Positions 18,681 to 29,900 of a stretch of 64,000 nt of DNA are shown one piece after another. Below the pieces are notes generated by a model. It saw nothing but the letters and a program-made list of their open reading frames with translations, had not been told where the DNA came from and did not search any database. The DNA is from Candidatus Thorarchaeota archaeon (GTDB lineage: Archaea; Asgardarchaeota; Thorarchaeia; Thorarchaeales; Thorarchaeaceae). Both the position numbers and the translations under genes were made by a program. Position 1 is the stretch's first letter; the number at the start of each line of letters is the position of its first letter. The DNA lies in assembly GCA_048882485.1 (NCBI GenBank), contig JBHLRP010000001.1:256001-320000 (forward strand). Direction: 5' to 3'.

Positions 18681-21600
18681 GACGCTCCCTCCAAAACTTC
18701 TCTCAAGTACGGCGCAGTAGGAGTGTCCATACCTGCGACCTCCTTGGGAGTCCCAGTGGCTATCACCCTTCCTCCTTTCGGTCCTCCGACAGGGCCCAGC
18801 TCCAACAACCAATCACAGGCAGCTAGAACATTCGGATGATGCTCTACTACAATGACTGTGTTGCCTTCTGAAACAAGCCGCTGCAATACGCCAATTAGAC
18901 GGTCGACATCCTCTAAGTGCTGACCAACAGTAGGCTCATCTATGATATAGAGGGCTGAAGACGAGTTCTTTTTAGAGAGCTCCTGTGCTATCTTGAGCCT
19001 CTGTATTTCCCCGCCTGAGAGTGTCACACTTGGTTGTCTGAGAACCAAGTAATCTAGCCCAACCTCTAGTGCAGTTTCCAACTTCCTTGATACCCTGTCA
19101 TCATCATTGAACAACTTGTAGAGCTGACCGAGAGTCATGTCATTGAGTTCAGGCAATGAAATCCCCTTGACTCTAACATCCCATGCCTCTGGAGACCTCC
19201 CGGTCCCTTTACAGGTTTCACAGGGTGCAAATACATCCGGAAGGAATCCCATCACAGTTCTAATTCGCCCTTGACCTTCGCATACTGTGCACGGCGTGCT
19301 GAGGCTCTTGTAATCTAATCCCAATGCTTCTGCATCCTCGCTCTCGGCATATATCTGAACAAGGGGCTTGAATAGGTCAAGAGCATATCCAGGACTCCGA
19401 ATGCCCTTCCGCCCTTGGTCTAGCATCACAACTCTCTCTGGGCTCCCTGTAATCGATTCGTGTTCTCCTGGCTCAAGTGGTACATATGATACGCTGGTGG
19501 TGAATTTCGTCGGTGCAAGGGCCCTTCCTATGGTGTCTACCATCAATGTACTCTTGCCAGAGCCAGAAGTTCCGCATATTCCAATAAGCAAGCCCAAGGG
19601 GAACTCTATTGTGAGGTTCTTGAGATTGTTTGCTTTAGCTCCCTTGATTTTCATCCAAGCAATTGGTTTTCGAGTCCCATCGGCAATAGAAGGCGCCCTG
19701 TCACCTCGGAGCCATCTCGCTGTAATTGTATCCATCTTCATCAATTCAGGGAGTGTTCCACTGGCGACTACTTTTCCACCTGATTCACCCGACTTGGGCC
19801 CCATATCAACAAGGATGTCTGCTGCCTTGATGACACCTAGGTCATGTTCTACGACGATAACCGAATGCCCCTCATCCCGGAGCTCTTGCAGAGCATCAAC
19901 AAGTGCATCTACCTCAGAAGGATGCATTCCTCGCGTTGGTTCGTCGAGTAGGACAGTCAGAGATGTGAGACCGCTGCCCAACAATGATGAGAGAATAACT
20001 CTTTGAGACTCACCAGCGGACAGTGTGTTTGCTTCTCGATTGAGGTGAAGATATCCAAGACCTACTTTCTCCAGAAAGCCAAGCCTCTTGATTATCTTCT
20101 CAAGGCTGCTTCTGGCAATCTCACCCTTCTTCGTTAGCTTGATGACTCCAAGAATCCGCTTCAATTCGGAAATGGGAACTCCATTCAGTTCGTTAATGCT
20201 ATGGCCTCTCAACTTGATAGTGCGGTACTTCTGACGTAGGCCGCTCCCATCACACTCTTCACAGTGTTCTCTTCTTGTATATGTACCGCCAACATCCCAA
20301 TCGCTAACCCAACGGTAGAAACCACTCCAATGCCCCTTCGACTTGACCTCCAGCCGCTTTCCTCTGCGGGTTCCCATGTACGTGATGTCGAGGGGCTCTG
20401 GATTTGGATCACCGTACAGGAAGACATTTTGCACATGTTCCGGTATCTCATTCCAAGGCGTCCTTTTGGGGTCAAATCCGTATCGTTCCCCAAGAGCATC
20501 GAGCGCGCCTCCAGCCCAGCTTGTTGGTGTGCAGAAATAGCCTCTTGGGAAGTAGCCTGGAGAATACATTGCTCCAGCGCAGATGGGCTTGTCAGAATGG
20601 ATTATTAGCTTCTCCGGAATTGGCACTTGACGATGCCCAACGCCACTGCAAGTCACGCAAGCGGATGTGTATGTTCTCGAGGAGAAATCTTTTGGCCTCA
20701 ACAAAGGGACTTGCGTTCCACAAGCAGGACACTCCAATGTTTCACCTCGTTTCATTGTCTTGCCGCATTTCTCACAAGGGACTTTCCCGATTGTGGCAAA
20801 CAATGCTGCAAGATGATTGGATACCTCAGTAACAATTCCGACGGTTGTCCTAACTGCATAGACTGACCACCATCCCGCGCCTCTTCGTCGCCGAGATGTG
20901 ATAGAGATAGTGACGCCAAGTCCGTTGACTGATTCAACGGGCGCCCCTGGGCCCTCCTTTATTCCTTGCCTCTCATATAGCGACAAGGATTCGTAGTACC
21001 TCCGCTCTGCCTCCGCCTGCAGAACATCCCTGACCAATGAGCTCTTTCCGGACCCTGAAGGACCAGTCACGACAGTGAGTTTTCCCTTAGGAATGTCCAA
21101 ACTGACATCCTTCAGGTTGTTTGCAGAAGCCTTCTTCACTCTGATGTAGTCCGACACATGACTGCTCTTTTCAGGAGTTTCTCTTGGTGTAAGCTTACGC
21201 TCATCTCTTAGCGCTTTTGCGGTCAATGATGTCTTGACCTTGCCGAGTTCCTCTGGTGCACCTTCAAACAGCAACTCTCCACCATCTGGACCTGCACCAA
21301 TTCCAAGATCAATGATCCAGTCGGCTGAACGGACAATATCCAGATTATGTTCAACGACAACAATCGTGGCACCAGCCTCAACGAGAGTACCGAGAACACT
21401 TAGAAGTCCATGAAGGTCTGCAGCTGAGAGACCGGTCGAAGGCTCATCAAGGATTAACAGGTTCTCTGAGAGTCCTCTCTTTCCCAGGAACTTCGCTAAC
21501 TTCACTCTTTGTGATTCACCACCTGAGAGTTGGGGAGATGGTTGTCCAAGCTTTAGGTATCCAAGTCCTATTGTGACAAGCGCTCCAAGAATCCTCTTTG

Positions 21601-23569
21601 CTGAACGCCTCTTGTTTAGTGGGAGTCGTTCGTCTTGAGCCAGGAGCTGTTGTACTTCCCGGATCGAGAGCTGATAGAAGCCAGCTATTGTCAGAACCTT
21701 GCTTCCAAAATTCACTTTGGTTTCAAGGACTTCAGGATTGAAACGTTTGCCTTCGCACGCCGAGCAAGTGATCCAAATGGAAGGAAGATAGCGCATCTTG
21801 ACTTCTACGGCGCCCATCCCCTTGCATGCTGGACACCTGCCTTCAGGTCTGTTGAATGAGAAGTGTGATGCCGATAGCTCAGATTCAGATGCATAGAGGT
21901 CTCTTACTATGTCTGACAGTTTTGTGTACGTCGCCGGGTTTGACCTAGGATTTCGTCCTACGGGCTTCTGATCCACAAGAACGGGTTTCAGCTTCTCACC
22001 ATCAATCTCAGCGCATCCAACGGGCTCTTTCTGTTCTAGCGATGGAACAAGTACATGTTCCACAAGGGTGCTCTTCCCTGAGCCAGACACACCCGAAATG
22101 ACGGTCAAGCGTTCTAGTGGGATGCGGACATCAATACCCTTGAGATTATGCTTGGTTGCGTTCCTAATAGTGAGGAACCTACTCGGGGGAGTCCGCTCGC
22201 GCCTAATTGGAACACTCTCATGCAGACTGAAGTATCTCCCCGATGTAGTGTTTGCCTCCCACAATTCTGCAGGCGTGCCTGTGAATATTATCTCGCCGCC
22301 GTTCTCGCCCGCTGCTGGACCTATGTCTATTGCTCGATCCGCCTCAGCGGCCGCTAATCGGTCATGTTCAACATAAATGACAGGACCAGGAAGTTCTCTG
22401 AATGCTGGAAGAAGTCTCTTGATATCAGCAGCGCTCTGCCCTATAGTTGGCTCATCTAAAAGGTGCACCACATCTTCCAATTTGTTGGTCAGCGATATAG
22501 CCAAACGAACTCTTTGACTCTCACCTCGAGAAAGACTAGGAGCCGGTCGATTTAGCTGTATGTAGCCGAGTCCCACTCTAAGGAGAGCATCGAGTCTTTT
22601 CACAATCTCAAGCTTTAGTCTATTGGCAGTCGATGGCAAAACAGCATTCCTGAAAACCTTCCTAGCCTCATCGACCGTGAGCGCCATCAGTTCGCCGAAA
22701 CCGTGACCCTCCCATTTGACCATGGCAGCCTCAGAGTGCATTCCAGTGTAATGGCACACTTCACATCCTTCACCGCCACATTCAGTACACTTCATTCGGA
22801 AGTGCTTTGGCTCTAGTTCTTCAATCCACTTGCCACATTCACTGCACTCACCAGTTCTAGAGAGTCCAATTTCCCCGGCTTTTGACCGAATAGCAACTGA
22901 ATTTGCGCCAAGAGCTGAGGCAATCTCTACGCTCTCACGAATCTGTTTTCTCGTTGCTTTTCCAGTGTATCTCCCTATAATGACCGATACATCATGCTCC
23001 AGTGAAGGAGCCAACGCTTGCCTTTTCCATGGTTTGCCGTCAACTAGTAATGATTCTGCGCCAAACTCCTTGTCAAGGAGACTCAACAGAGTGGAGTGTC
23101 CGCCTACAACTCGTCTCATCAAGGGTGCGGTGAGAATAATCCCTTCTTTCTTTGCTAGTTTCTGAATTCTCTCAACTATCTCGTCTTCTGTCATCCTCGA
23201 TAGTGATGCTCCACACTGAGCACAGAATCTGGTTCCGAATCTCGTGTATAACAGCCTTAGGAATGGATGAATTCCTGAAGCAGATGCCAACGTGGAAAGC
23301 GGATTTCGATTCAACAGATTCTGCCCAACTGCCACTGTCGGACCAATGCCAGTGATTGAATCAACATTTGCAGGTGCAAGTCGGACAGTGGAGCGACCGG
23401 CATTAAACACCTCAAGAAATCTCCGACGAGCCTCGTGATACATCGTGTCGAAAACAAGAGAGGTTTTCCCTGATCCACTAATCCCAGTAACTACCGTCAA
23501 GCCGTCGCCTATATCAACACTCACATCTTTGAGGTTGTTCTCTCGGGCTCGCCGGATTCTAATATCCAT
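18677..23569 (-). CDS. uvrA: double-length UvrA-like ABC ATPase (four nucleotide-binding sites)
   Basis: Four Walker A motifs (GISGSGKT, GVSGSGKS, GPSGSGKS, GTSGSGKS), four LS.GE.QR signatures, several CxxC zinc modules. Confidence 0.88.
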   Translation of the reverse strand: MDIRIRRARENNLKDVSVDIGDGLTVVTGISGSGKTSLVFDTMYHEARRRFLEVFNAGRSTVRLAPANVDSITGIGPTVAVGQNLLNRNPLSTLASASGIHPFLRLLYTRFGTRFCAQCGASLSRMTEDEIVERIQKLAKKEGIILTAPLMRRVVGGHSTLLSLLDKEFGAESLLVDGKPWKRQALAPSLEHDVSVIIGRYTGKATRKQIRESVEIASALGANSVAIRSKAGEIGLSRTGECSECGKWIEELEPKHFRMKCTECGGEGCEVCHYTGMHSEAAMVKWEGHGFGELMALTVDEARKVFRNAVLPSTANRLKLEIVKRLDALLRVGLGYIQLNRPAPSLSRGESQRVRLAISLTNKLEDVVHLLDEPTIGQSAADIKRLLPAFRELPGPVIYVEHDRLAAAEADRAIDIGPAAGENGGEIIFTGTPAELWEANTTSGRYFSLHESVPIRRERTPPSRFLTIRNATKHNLKGIDVRIPLERLTVISGVSGSGKSTLVEHVLVPSLEQKEPVGCAEIDGEKLKPVLVDQKPVGRNPRSNPATYTKLSDIVRDLYASESELSASHFSFNRPEGRCPACKGMGAVEVKMRYLPSIWITCSACEGKRFNPEVLETKVNFGSKVLTIAGFYQLSIREVQQLLAQDERLPLNKRRSAKRILGALVTIGLGYLKLGQPSPQLSGGESQRVKLAKFLGKRGLSENLLILDEPSTGLSAADLHGLLSVLGTLVEAGATIVVVEHNLDIVRSADWIIDLGIGAGPDGGELLFEGAPEELGKVKTSLTAKALRDERKLTPRETPEKSSHVSDYIRVKKASANNLKDVSLDIPKGKLTVVTGPSGSGKSSLVRDVLQAEAERRYYESLSLYERQGIKEGPGAPVESVNGLGVTISITSRRRRGAGWWSVYAVRTTVGIVTEVSNHLAALFATIGKVPCEKCGKTMKRGETLECPACGTQVPLLRPKDFSSRTYTSACVTCSGVGHRQVPIPEKLIIHSDKPICAGAMYSPGYFPRGYFCTPTSWAGGALDALGERYGFDPKRTPWNEIPEHVQNVFLYGDPNPEPLDITYMGTRRGKRLEVKSKGHWSGFYRWVSDWDVGGTYTRREHCEECDGSGLRQKYRTIKLRGHSINELNGVPISELKRILGVIKLTKKGEIARSSLEKIIKRLGFLEKVGLGYLHLNREANTLSAGESQRVILSSLLGSGLTSLTVLLDEPTRGMHPSEVDALVDALQELRDEGHSVIVVEHDLGVIKAADILVDMGPKSGESGGKVVASGTLPELMKMDTITARWLRGDRAPSIADGTRKPIAWMKIKGAKANNLKNLTIEFPLGLLIGICGTSGSGKSTLMVDTIGRALAPTKFTTSVSYVPLEPGEHESITGSPERVVMLDQGRKGIRSPGYALDLFKPLVQIYAESEDAEALGLDYKSLSTPCTVCEGQGRIRTVMGFLPDVFAPCETCKGTGRSPEAWDVRVKGISLPELNDMTLGQLYKLFNDDDRVSRKLETALEVGLDYLVLRQPSVTLSGGEIQRLKIAQELSKKNSSSALYIIDEPTVGQHLEDVDRLIGVLQRLVSEGNTVIVVEHHPNVLAACDWLLELGPVGGPKGGRVIATGTPKEVAGMDTPTAPYLREVLEGAS

Positions 23570-23689
23570 ACCTTGACACCATTGTCTAGTTCATTGCGGG
23601 ATGACTGGCTTATATCCTATGATTTGTTTAGCTCTCTCAGTCTCTCCGAGTTCAGCAATGCCATGTGAGGGAATTTGGATTAGCAATCT

Positions 23690-24904
23690 CTACACGCTCT
23701 CTGCGAGTGCGTTCATCGTTCTGGTTTCCTTTTCGCTGATTTGCTTTAGAAGATCGCAGACTGGCTTGATGAACTCGGAATACTCTGATATCTCATTCTT
23801 TGCAGCTTCGTCCATCAGACTTGGCACCTTATCGGCCTTCTCTCGGACTTTGTCCAACATCTTCAATCCTTTTTTCTCAAGTATCTCATTGTTCGACCAC
23901 TGAATCTCCCTCAATTCAGCTAGAGCAGGATATTCATCAGGCAGAAGCCCATTCGCGACATCTCTCCACATCTTAACTATTTCCCTGAACTCCTGTGCTG
24001 CTCTCAACATTGGATCACTATTCATGAGTTCACCAGCCTCCTGCAGGAAGTCAGAGTATATCTGACGGAATATCGCCCCACCGGACCCTCCAGTTTCAAT
24101 GTAAACAAAGTGCATTACAAGTGCATGGATGAGGTCTCTTTGATTCGGGAACATCTTCGGATATTTGACAAGCTCCTTACTCCATCTTGCAATTCCTTTC
24201 ACCCCGACATTGGAGATTGGGGGATTGAGTAGTGCATCTGCATTCTCTCGTATTGCATGAGGGATTATGTTCTCAAGAGGGGTGAGAGTTTCTGGAAAGG
24301 AAAAGCGTGCCATTTGGTTCATAGCTGGAAAGGGAGGATATTCTGATGCTCGTGCTTTTTGCAATTGAGTTAGAGCCATCTCTGCAGTTCCATGAAACCT
24401 ATCTGAGATGTAGGCTTTGTCGTTCGGTTCATCGATACCATAAACAAGGAAATTGTGTTCACCGAAATGGTCGTCTTCGCCAGTCAATAGATGGTCAAGA
24501 TAGGCCATGTCAACACAGACCAGGCCCGGTTGGTTCTCCTTGAGGGTTTCTTTGAGAAAGATATGCGCCTTCTTCACACTCTTTGTCAGAATCGACTCGA
24601 AGTCTCCTCCCAGTCTTTTCGCAGCTTTTCCGAGAATGCCTGGAAACTTCCTACAGTCGGACCTATTCATTCCTCCTACAATAGGATAAGGCATTATCTT
24701 CATGAACCAATAGATGAATCCCATTCCCGCTGAGATTCCAACTAGCATCGGTTCACTAATCTCATGTCCAAGATGATTCATAAGTCGAACCATAGCACTA
24801 GTCTGGCAGTTCTTTCCATCGCCAAAGTGCTTGAAATCAAGGACAATTCGTTCATCTCCTATGCCAGCCGGCTTGAACTCCTTCTTCTTACTCATACCAC
24901 TCAC
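23690..24904 (-). CDS. BtrH N-terminal / DUF4872 papain-like (C39-like) protein
   Basis: 'NCQTSA', 'ISEPML.G...G.GF.Y', 'DMAYL', 'HFGEH..LVYG.D' Cys-His-Asp; 'E.GGSGG..FR..Y..FL.EA'. Confidence 0.8.
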   Translation of the reverse strand: MSGMSKKKEFKPAGIGDERIVLDFKHFGDGKNCQTSAMVRLMNHLGHEISEPMLVGISAGMGFIYWFMKIMPYPIVGGMNRSDCRKFPGILGKAAKRLGGDFESILTKSVKKAHIFLKETLKENQPGLVCVDMAYLDHLLTGEDDHFGEHNFLVYGIDEPNDKAYISDRFHGTAEMALTQLQKARASEYPPFPAMNQMARFSFPETLTPLENIIPHAIRENADALLNPPISNVGVKGIARWSKELVKYPKMFPNQRDLIHALVMHFVYIETGGSGGAIFRQIYSDFLQEAGELMNSDPMLRAAQEFREIVKMWRDVANGLLPDEYPALAELREIQWSNNEILEKKGLKMLDKVREKADKVPSLMDEAAKNEISEYSEFIKPVCDLLKQISEKETRTMNALAESV

Positions 24905-25569
24905 CTTTTGCTATCTCGAAACAGAAACTCTGCTTCATCTTTCTCTATCATCCCCACCAGATCTTGTAGCCACTTCTTCTCACACTTCAGTCTGACATAC
25001 GGTCTCTCAAACAAGGCTAGAACTACTCCCAAATGAGCATCTGCCGGAATTTGAGATGCCTTTACTCCCCCCACGATTCGGCTAGGATCAGATTCACGTA
25101 TCTTGTCAATGTTCTTGATGGCCTCAGCATGACTTCCAAGAAAGCGGAGTTGCTCATTTAGATTGACCAATCGCTTCTTGAGAGAATCCACAGCCTCTTC
25201 TTTTGTGAGCTGATAGATGGCTGACATACCTAAGTCGAATAGACTATTTGCCTTTGGTGGATTGACCAAGCATTGCACAACTTGATTTCGCAGCAACCTA
25301 GCGCCTATCCTCGTAATGGAGTATGTCTTTTTGGATGGCTGCAATTTCTCGTCAGATTTCTGCCCCTTGATCAGCCCCTTTGCCTCAAGTTCCTTTAGAG
25401 CCTTGTATATCGATGAGAATTTGATGTCTACCCAGTTTCGATATCCTCGCTCTTCGAGGATTTGGTTTATCTCATAGCCGTATTTTGCTCCTGCTCCAAT
25501 TAGAGAAAGCACAGCGAGATAAGTCGAAGGCAATAGGTCTGGCTTTTGGGGATTAGATTTCTGTACCAT
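24901..25569 (-). CDS. PadR family transcriptional regulator
   Basis: 'YGYEI', 'SIY.AL..LE..GLI', 'KK.YSIT..G'. Confidence 0.9.
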   Translation of the reverse strand: MVQKSNPQKPDLLPSTYLAVLSLIGAGAKYGYEINQILEERGYRNWVDIKFSSIYKALKELEAKGLIKGQKSDEKLQPSKKTYSITRIGARLLRNQVVQCLVNPPKANSLFDLGMSAIYQLTKEEAVDSLKKRLVNLNEQLRFLGSHAEAIKNIDKIRESDPSRIVGGVKASQIPADAHLGVVLALFERPYVRLKCEKKWLQDLVGMIEKDEAEFLFRDSKR

Positions 25570-25587
25570 GGAATCAATCCTGTGGAC

Positions 25588-25628
25588 TATTCTACTAATG
25601 TAATAGTATATATTCTACTAGTAGAATA
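25588..25628. promoter_or_regulatory. putative PadR operator
   Basis: Perfect 18-bp palindrome TATTCTACTAGTAGAATA (25611-25628) plus an extra TATTCTACTA half at 25588, next to a TATA-like box upstream of padR. Confidence 0.7.
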
Positions 25629-25706
25629 GAATATAAGTCTTCCTTCTCAGTGGAATCCTACTCCATGCGAAGATACGCAGCACATAAAACCTAGATTGAG
25701 GAAGAA

Positions 25707-26471
25707 ATGTCTACCTTGACGTCAGATCCAAGATTGCTATACCCCGTTTCATGGATTTGCGAAAGCAAGTCAGTGACCGAATATCTCAGGAAGCAGTTTG
25801 CAGCGCAGGATAGCGAAGAACTACTCATCGCTGATTTTGCTTCAGGAGAGAATGATAGAATCCCAAGCTTCATTCTTAGAGTGCTACCTGATTTCATTTC
25901 GAACGTTGATTTCTCTATTAGGAGGATTATTACCTATAGCACTGACTTGCATGGATTGCGTCTGGATAGTCTCTTTGGGCTATTTCAAGAGCAGCATTTG
26001 GAGGGCCGCGCAAGAGCAGTTCACGCCAGACTGGAGAGTATGGTGACCGAGGCATCATATCGTTTGGAACAAGCTGAATACCTAAATGAGCATCAGCAAG
26101 AGTTGACTATCTTGGACAAACGTATCATAGAGGAAAAGGGGATTGGGGAAGATGTATTCGATCTTGGATTCTTGAACAACGATGTCATAGGGTATCTGTT
26201 TGAATATTACAAGGCATATTCTGATGCATTAACTAGCTTGGATGCAGTTCAGAAGACAATGAAACCGGGAAGTCTCCTGATAGTGACACAACCCTGCTCC
26301 CTCTATCCAGTAGACAACCTCGATGTTCTCGGTCGTGTAGGATTCTCATTCATTGAGGGAATAGATGTAGAACTGGATTCTGGGGAAGTCACATTGATTA
26401 GTGATGATGCTGAGTTGGACACTCTAAGTCGTATAGGACACTATACGTATCTCGTTCTAACAAAGGCATGA
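25707..26471 (+). CDS. class I SAM-dependent methyltransferase-like protein
   Basis: 'LIADFASG' motif I, 'FDLGF', 'MKPGSLLIV'. Confidence 0.6.
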   Translation: MSTLTSDPRLLYPVSWICESKSVTEYLRKQFAAQDSEELLIADFASGENDRIPSFILRVLPDFISNVDFSIRRIITYSTDLHGLRLDSLFGLFQEQHLEGRARAVHARLESMVTEASYRLEQAEYLNEHQQELTILDKRIIEEKGIGEDVFDLGFLNNDVIGYLFEYYKAYSDALTSLDAVQKTMKPGSLLIVTQPCSLYPVDNLDVLGRVGFSFIEGIDVELDSGEVTLISDDAELDTLSRIGHYTYLVLTKA

Positions 26472-26903
26472 ATGGTTGGCTCTAACTTGGGCTGCTCTAG
26501 AATGATCGAACTAGCAGCCAAACATGGAGATGAGCTAAACGTAGCTTGCGATTTCAGTCCAGAGCAGACAGAGGCAATCTTCACTCAGCTTTCTAGGTTC
26601 GCTGAGAAGCATGGGAGAAAACCGGAGAGTGTAGCAAAGTCTGTTGGAATCTGGACTCGAATTTTAAGGTCAGAAAATGAAATGGAAGAGAAGATCAAGA
26701 AGGGCGCTGTTGCTCGAGGGGTGTCTGAGGAAGCATACCGGAAAAGGTTAGCATCTTCTATTTGGGGAACACCTGATATCGTTGCTGAGAAGGTGGGACA
26801 ATACAAGGATCAGGGAGTTTCAGAAGTCATTCTCATTTTTCCATATGGTGAGAAAAGGGAACAGATTGCGATGCTTGGTGAGTCAGTACTCCCTCGACTC
26901 TGA
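26472..26903 (+). pseudogene. C-terminal fragment of an LLM (luciferase-like/F420-dependent) oxidoreductase
   Basis: 'LAAKHGDELN', 'GR.PE.V', 'WGTPD.V.E....Y...GV'; the N-terminal half of the barrel is absent. Confidence 0.65.
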
Positions 26904-26953
26904 ACTGACCTCTTCATGATCTCAGCAAATACTGATATACCAGCATCCTGTGT

Positions 26954-29900
26954 ATGGACACGGGGCAAAAGGGAATGCATGAGGAGCTTACTCGAAGTAT
27001 TCGCGATTACGATTCTGCATCAATTCGTGATATTGTTGAAAATCTCACCAAGTCAGAAGGCTGGGCAAAGGTATTCCAATATCTAAGACAAGAGCTCATC
27101 GAGGTTTTTTCCGATAGATGGTTTGGATTGAATCTCATCATTCTCGAAATATTCGAAATGCCTGAACTAATCGGATATGATGGTGATTTTATTCAGATTC
27201 TCGAAGATGCTCCAGACACAAAGCGATTCCAAGATCTAGAGAAGTGGATAACTGACTCATTTATTGATGCTGTATCCACAAATATCATCAATAATGGACC
27301 AACCATCTTTTACGACTTAGAACGAATGCAGACAAGCCGGACAGCGAAGTCAGTAGATTCAATTCTAAAGCGTAGAAGGGAGGAATTCGCAGCCGGCGTT
27401 TCAATCTTCAATGAAATCAAATACAAATCAGATTCGGGTGATATCTGGGAGCCACTCTATACCACAGCTTATGGCTTCCAGCTTCTTGATTCTCTTGCAG
27501 AGCAAAATATCTGGGGAGAGAAGTACATCACCAAAGTGACTGATTCTCTTAATGAGATCTGCAGGAATCTGGAGATCATTTTGGATGATGTGACTGACAT
27601 AGATTCTGTTGTTATCAGTGATAGGATGAAGACCTTGGCTGATGCGCTATCAGATTTGAAGACAGGAGACCCTGGTCCTGGAGCTGCTGTTTGGACCAGC
27701 GGTTACGTTTCTCCTTACCAAATGTTCGAGGATGAGCTCTTCATTCATTGGATTATGGATTTCGGGCCTATAGACAAGTCAATCGATGCCTTAGGAGAGC
27801 TCGGAGGAACCCGTGCCAGTAATCTGCTATTGTCATTGCTATCCGGTGAACTCGGTGATAAACTGGAGAGCCATATCAAGGATTCTCAATATGCAGAGCC
27901 ATGGTGGATGGGAGAAACCCACGAAAGAATCCTCAAAGCATTGCAGGAAATCAATATCGAATCGGACGTGTCAATATTACTGAGCTTCATCGATGGACTT
28001 AGCTGGCGAACGGATGTTGATGCTGATCCCTATGTGTATGGCAGTTCATTGAAGGCCTTCTCCCTAGCCATTGACATGGTCCCTGAATCATACAAGGATA
28101 AGATTCGGCCGAAGCTACGGGAATTCCTGGGTGCAATCAGTTGGGAATGGCCCAATTGGGCACACCGAGGCAGCATAGGAGGGTGGGCTGCCCAGAAGCT
28201 TGTTGAGTTATTCGGAGTGGGCGCTGTTGATTCTCTGGTTCCTTGTATTCTCTGGGATCATCCAAAGTTCGATGCTCGAAATCTCAGTCAATCACCGGAT
28301 CCCCGGATAATAGAGCCGTTGATTTCTCTTGGATCTCCTGCAATACCCAAGATTCTGGAATCTACCAACAAATACCTGAAGGATTTTCCATATTACGAGC
28401 GGCGATTTCTAGAGCAGGTTGAACTGATTATTACAAAAATCTGGGATTCGGATATCTCAAAAGCTCCTGGCTCAGACGCATCGGAATTTGCCGACTTCTT
28501 TTTCTCGAGTATTCCGGATATAATTCCACTAATTGGGGAGGCAATGGCAAAGACTTTGGGAATTCAGAATGCTAAGCTTGGTACGCTTGCGATTTGTGGA
28601 TTGATTGCAAAGAGCGAAACAAGGAGCGATAGGGATTATGAAGACTGGTATGGTGATTGGGTTGTGAATCCTGTGCAATGGGCAAAGCATCTGGGATTTG
28701 CTTTTGATAGGCAGGCCATAATTGAAGGTATTAATCATGAGAGTCAACTTGTCCAATTGGGATCAATCTTTCTGTTGCCTGAAGGAGACTTATCGAAATC
28801 AGGGCCAGAGGTCCTGCAAAGCCTTGTTGTCGCATTTCTGGACGTCCTCAAGAAGGAGGATACAAGATCGGCAAACTATCCATTTGTTAGCGTGGTTGAT
28901 AGCTTGGCGGAAAGCATCTGTAAGCTCCTGGTCAAAATCGATTTGTCACAACTTGAGACTCTGCTGCACGATGAAGATGAAAATGTGAGGTTTGCTGCGA
29001 ATATCATCGTAGGGAAGCTCCCGTATGTTCATCAAGGTGCTTCTGCTCTGAAGAAAGCGGGACTTACGGGCTTTGCACATTTCTTCACTATGAATCTGAC
29101 AAACGATTTGAATCGCTGGTTTGACTATCTTGACGAGATCGATTTCTGGAGGCTTTCGTCAATAAGGAAGAATCAAACAATTGCGAAACACTTGCCTTTT
29201 CTTGGTCAATCAGAAGTGATTGATTTTGATCGAATTGCGGACTTGTTGAGAAAATCAAAAATGCCTTGGAAAATAATCCATGCTATTAGGGATTACCCAG
29301 GCATCTTGGAAAACCCCTCAATCTTTGAGGCACTCGAAATATTGAAGCCATATATCCTAGAGAAACTTCAAACTAGGCGTGAATACTTGGTGGAAGAAAT
29401 TCTGGCGCCTCTTTTGCAGATCGATCTATTTATGGAAGACGAAGTCATTGTCAACAAGGCAAAATGGCTGGAATCTAGAACGGATTCAGACATTCTTGCC
29501 CAACTCCAAGAATCGATTTCAATCTATACGAGCGAAAAGCCGCCTGTTGGCGAATATGGCCAAATAACCATCTGTAGTCAGAGCGGATTTGAAAATGCAC
29601 TACGTTCAACTCGTATCAAGGAGCTTCATTCAATTGGATTACGTAAAATCAAACTTGATGGCATTTCAGTATTGAAGAATCTTAAAGCGTTGGATTTGGG
29701 GTATAATCAGATTGAGGTAATTGATCTTCGCCCAATTAGGGGGATGCCAAAGCTTGAGTCATTGAGGTTGCATAACAATATTCTCAGAAAAGTTGACTTC
29801 ACCCCGTTAGCCGATTGTCCGGGGCTCAGATATCTTCACCTAAATAATAATCATATTCGCAAAATCGACCTTGCACCCCTTACTTATACGCCCAAATTGA

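Noticed and set aside
19368-23355. Numerous antisense/alternate-frame ORFs inside uvrA (and similarly inside other long genes)
   Set aside because: Shadow ORFs of well-supported genes with no independent protein features
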